DNA of 64,000 nucleotides from NCBI GenBank assembly GCA_031425035.1, contig JANPIN010000065.1:651-64650 (forward strand), read 5' to 3'. The translations under genes were made by a program, and so were the position numbers. This DNA is from Saprospirales bacterium. GTDB lineage: Bacteria; Bacteroidota; Bacteroidia; Chitinophagales; Saprospiraceae. Positions 61,614 through 64,000 of the stretch are shown here, one piece after another. The notes beneath the pieces were generated by a model. That model did no database searches. It was not told the origin of the DNA and worked only from the letters and a program-made list of their open reading frames with translations. Each line of letters starts with the position of its first letter. Position 1 is the first letter of the stretch.

Positions 61614-63734
61614 ATGTCCCTATATGCCCAACGCATTGCCCAGTCGCTTTCCATTTCCCTGCGACGGGTAGAAGCCACGCTCGAACTGCTCGAATCCGGC
61701 GCCACCATTCCTTTTATCGCCCGCTACCGCAAAGAAGCGACCGGCGAACTGGACGAGGTGCAGATCGGGGATATTCAGGATGCCTGGAAGAAACACCAGG
61801 AGCTGGATAAACGCCGCCTGACCATCCTGCAAAGCCTCGAAGAACAGGGCAAACTCTCGCCCGAACTGCGTAAAGCCATCACGGATGCCTTGACGCTGAC
61901 CGAGCTGGAGGACCTCTATTTGCCCTACCGCCCCAAACGCAAGACCCGCGCCAGCGTGGCCATCGAACGCGGCCTGGAACCCCTGGCCAAACGCCTTTTT
62001 GCCCAGCGCGACCGCGAAGTGGAGGTGCTGGCGGAAAAATATATTACCGACCAGGTGCCCAGCGTGGCCGATGCGCTGCAGGGCGCCCGCGACATCATGG
62101 CCGAGTGGATCAGCGAGGATAAAGTGGCCCGCGACCGCGTACGGCGGCATTTTGATAAAAGCGCACTGATCGCCGCCCGGGTAGTGAAAGGCCAGCAGGA
62201 AGCCGGCAAGAAATACTCGGACTACTTTGAATGGAGCGAACCGCTGTCCAAATGCGCCGCTCACCGGTTGCTGGCCATGCGCCGTGGCGAAGAAGAGGGT
62301 TTCCTGCGCGTCGCCATTGCGCCCGACGAAGAACGACCATTGCAGGACCTGGACCGCCAGTTCGTGCAGGGCTACGGCGAATCCGCAGATCAGGTGCGCC
62401 AGGCGGTAAAAGACAGTTATAAACGCCTGCTGCAGCCGGGCATCGAGACCGAGTTCCGCAACAGCAGTAAGGAAAAAGCGGACCTGGAAGCTATCCGCGT
62501 TTTTGCCGAAAACCTGCGCCAGTTGCTGCTCGCCGCGCCGCTCGGAGAACAGGCCATTCTGGGCATCGACCCGGGTTTTCGGACCGGTTGCAAGGTCGTT
62601 TGCCTGGACCGTAACGGGAATCTGCTGCACCATACCGTTATTTATCCGCATGAGCCTAAACAGCAGGTATTTGAAAGTCAATCAGTTGTCGAACATTTAG
62701 TCGATAAATACGGACTCGACGCCATCGCGGTCGGTAACGGCACGGCCGGGCGGGAGACCATGGATTTTTTGCAGAAAATAAAGTTTGCCCGCCCCATCGA
62801 AGTGTTTCCGGTCAATGAAGCCGGCGCGTCGATTTACTCCGCTTCGGAGGCGGCGCGCGAGGAATTTCCCACGGAAGACCTGACCGTGCGCGGCGCCGTC
62901 AGTATTGGCCGCCGCCTGATGGACCCGCTGGCCGAACTGGTCAAAATTGACCCGAAAAGCATTGGGGTGGGGCAGTATCAGCACGATGTGAACCAGGGCC
63001 AATTGAAAGACAGCCTGGACCGCACGGTGGAGCGCTGCGTCAACGCGGTGGGCATCAACCTGAATACCGCCAGCAAACATTTGCTCACTTATGTGTCCGG
63101 TCTCGGCCCGGTGCTGGCGCAGAACATCGTGCAGTACCGCGCGGAAAATGGCGCGTTCAAAAGCCGGGCGGAACTGAAAAAAGTGGCCCGCCTGGGCGAT
63201 AAAGCCTACGAGCAGTGCGCCGGATTTCTCCGGATTCGCGAAGCCAAAAACCCGCTGGACAATACGGCCGTCCACCCCGAACGTTATGCGCTGGTGGAAC
63301 AAATGGCCGCCGACCTGCAGTGTAAAGTGGTGGATCTGGTGCAGGACAAGGCGCGCCGCCAGCAGATCGACCCGCGTAAATACGTGCGGGGCGACGTGGG
63401 TTTGCCTACCCTGCAGGATATATTGAAAGAACTGGAGAAACCCGGCCTCGATCCCCGGGGAGCGGCGCAGAGTTTTACGTTCGGCAACGTGCGCAGCATG
63501 GACGATCTGGAACCCGGCATGGTGCTGCCCGGTATTGTGACCAACATTACCAACTTCGGCGCCTTCGTGGATATTGGGGTGAAAGAGAGTGGACTGGTGC
63601 ACGTTTCGCAGTTATCCGACCAGTTTGTCCGTAATCCGCTGGAAGTGGTGCAGTTGCAGCAGCAGGTCATGGTGCGGGTACTGGAGATCGATTATGCGCG
63701 GAAACGGGTGGCGCTGAGTATGAAGGGGTTGTAG
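61614..63734 (+). CDS. tex: Tex-family RNA-binding transcription accessory protein (S1 domain)
   Basis: 706 aa. It carries ATIPFIARYRKE, LEDLYLPYRPKRKTRA, YqgF-like GIDPGFRTGCK, HhH motifs, and a C-terminal S1 domain (GIVTNITNFGAFVDIG...GLVHVSQL). Confidence 0.93.
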   Translation: MSLYAQRIAQSLSISLRRVEATLELLESGATIPFIARYRKEATGELDEVQIGDIQDAWKKHQELDKRRLTILQSLEEQGKLSPELRKAITDALTLTELEDLYLPYRPKRKTRASVAIERGLEPLAKRLFAQRDREVEVLAEKYITDQVPSVADALQGARDIMAEWISEDKVARDRVRRHFDKSALIAARVVKGQQEAGKKYSDYFEWSEPLSKCAAHRLLAMRRGEEEGFLRVAIAPDEERPLQDLDRQFVQGYGESADQVRQAVKDSYKRLLQPGIETEFRNSSKEKADLEAIRVFAENLRQLLLAAPLGEQAILGIDPGFRTGCKVVCLDRNGNLLHHTVIYPHEPKQQVFESQSVVEHLVDKYGLDAIAVGNGTAGRETMDFLQKIKFARPIEVFPVNEAGASIYSASEAAREEFPTEDLTVRGAVSIGRRLMDPLAELVKIDPKSIGVGQYQHDVNQGQLKDSLDRTVERCVNAVGINLNTASKHLLTYVSGLGPVLAQNIVQYRAENGAFKSRAELKKVARLGDKAYEQCAGFLRIREAKNPLDNTAVHPERYALVEQMAADLQCKVVDLVQDKARRQQIDPRKYVRGDVGLPTLQDILKELEKPGLDPRGAAQSFTFGNVRSMDDLEPGMVLPGIVTNITNFGAFVDIGVKESGLVHVSQLSDQFVRNPLEVVQLQQQVMVRVLEIDYARKRVALSMKGL

Positions 63735-63772
63735 GTTTTTTGGGTTATATTTGCAGACAAAACGTGTTAGAA

Positions 63773-64000
63773 ATGACAGCTTCACTTAGAAAAGTAGAAG
63801 AAATTCTACCCTCCTTATCGCCCGGTGAAAAGGCGCAACTCCTGCAGTGGGTAGTCAGCGATTTGGGTGGCGTATTTCCTGGTATTGAAAAAACACCTGG
63901 CGTGAGTGGCGGAGAGGCTTGCATCGCCCGGACGCGCATTCCTGTATGGTTGCTGGTGCAGCAACGGGATTTGGGTATTAGTGAAGCCCAAATGCTGTAT
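63773..64000 (+). CDS. DUF433 domain protein (5' part; runs off the window)
   Basis: Hand translation: MTASLRKVEEILPSLSPGEKAQLLQWVVSDLGGVFPGIEKTPGVSGGEACIARTRIPVWLLVQQRDLGISEAQMLY. GGEACIARTRIPVW.L is the DUF433 core. Confidence 0.7.
   Translation, partial: MTASLRKVEEILPSLSPGEKAQLLQWVVSDLGGVFPGIEKTPGVSGGEACIARTRIPVWLLVQQRDLGISEAQMLY

Overview
64-kb chromosomal window that appears to come from a Bacteroidota genome, probably Cytophagia/Chitinophagia-like. That placement is an inference from four secreted proteins with T9SS-type C-terminal sorting domains, a GLPGLI protein, a TonB-dependent-receptor-like barrel and TAnnTTTG -7 promoter boxes. By hand counts, most genes are about 55-70% GC, with several 30-45% GC islets. 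I support about 60 protein-coding genes.

Housekeeping genes: Sir2/CobB-efp-accB-accC, eno, rocD, rtcB, a DEAD-box helicase, tex and a Pif1-like helicase.

Transport and envelope genes: an APC permease, an MsbA-like ABC exporter, an NhaP-type antiporter, a TBDR-like barrel with GLPGLI, and a Fet4-like permease.

Other modules: an ECF sigma/anti-sigma operon, an HxlR-linked DJ-1/hydrolase fusion, and four T9SS cargo proteins including a 1322-aa HYR/FG-GAP adhesin.

I found no rRNA, tRNA, CRISPR array, transposase or integrase.

Items most worth a second look:
1. A tocopherol-cyclase-like gene coupled to btaA/btaB-like genes and a secreted alkaline-phosphatase-superfamily enzyme (38.6-43.1 kb). 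This is a possible phosphate-sparing or novel lipid locus.
2. An EF-P in the canonical efp-accB-accC context whose modification loop is replaced (QVGRGSGKV, Arg at the tip). It sits next to a sirtuin lacking the Zn-ribbon cysteines.
3. A recurring intergenic architecture: arrays of short tandem repeats facing their own reverse complement across a spacer (4014-4354, 6419-6500, 14342-14447, and a quasi-complementary version at 24604-24790), plus a 42-nt tandem repeat (27066-27250).
4. Signs of local rearrangement: an ester-cyclase remnant truncated by a compositionally mosaic T9SS gene, an internally deleted Uma2 nuclease gene, and low-GC islets.

All family calls come from motif recognition by eye. 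No database search was run.
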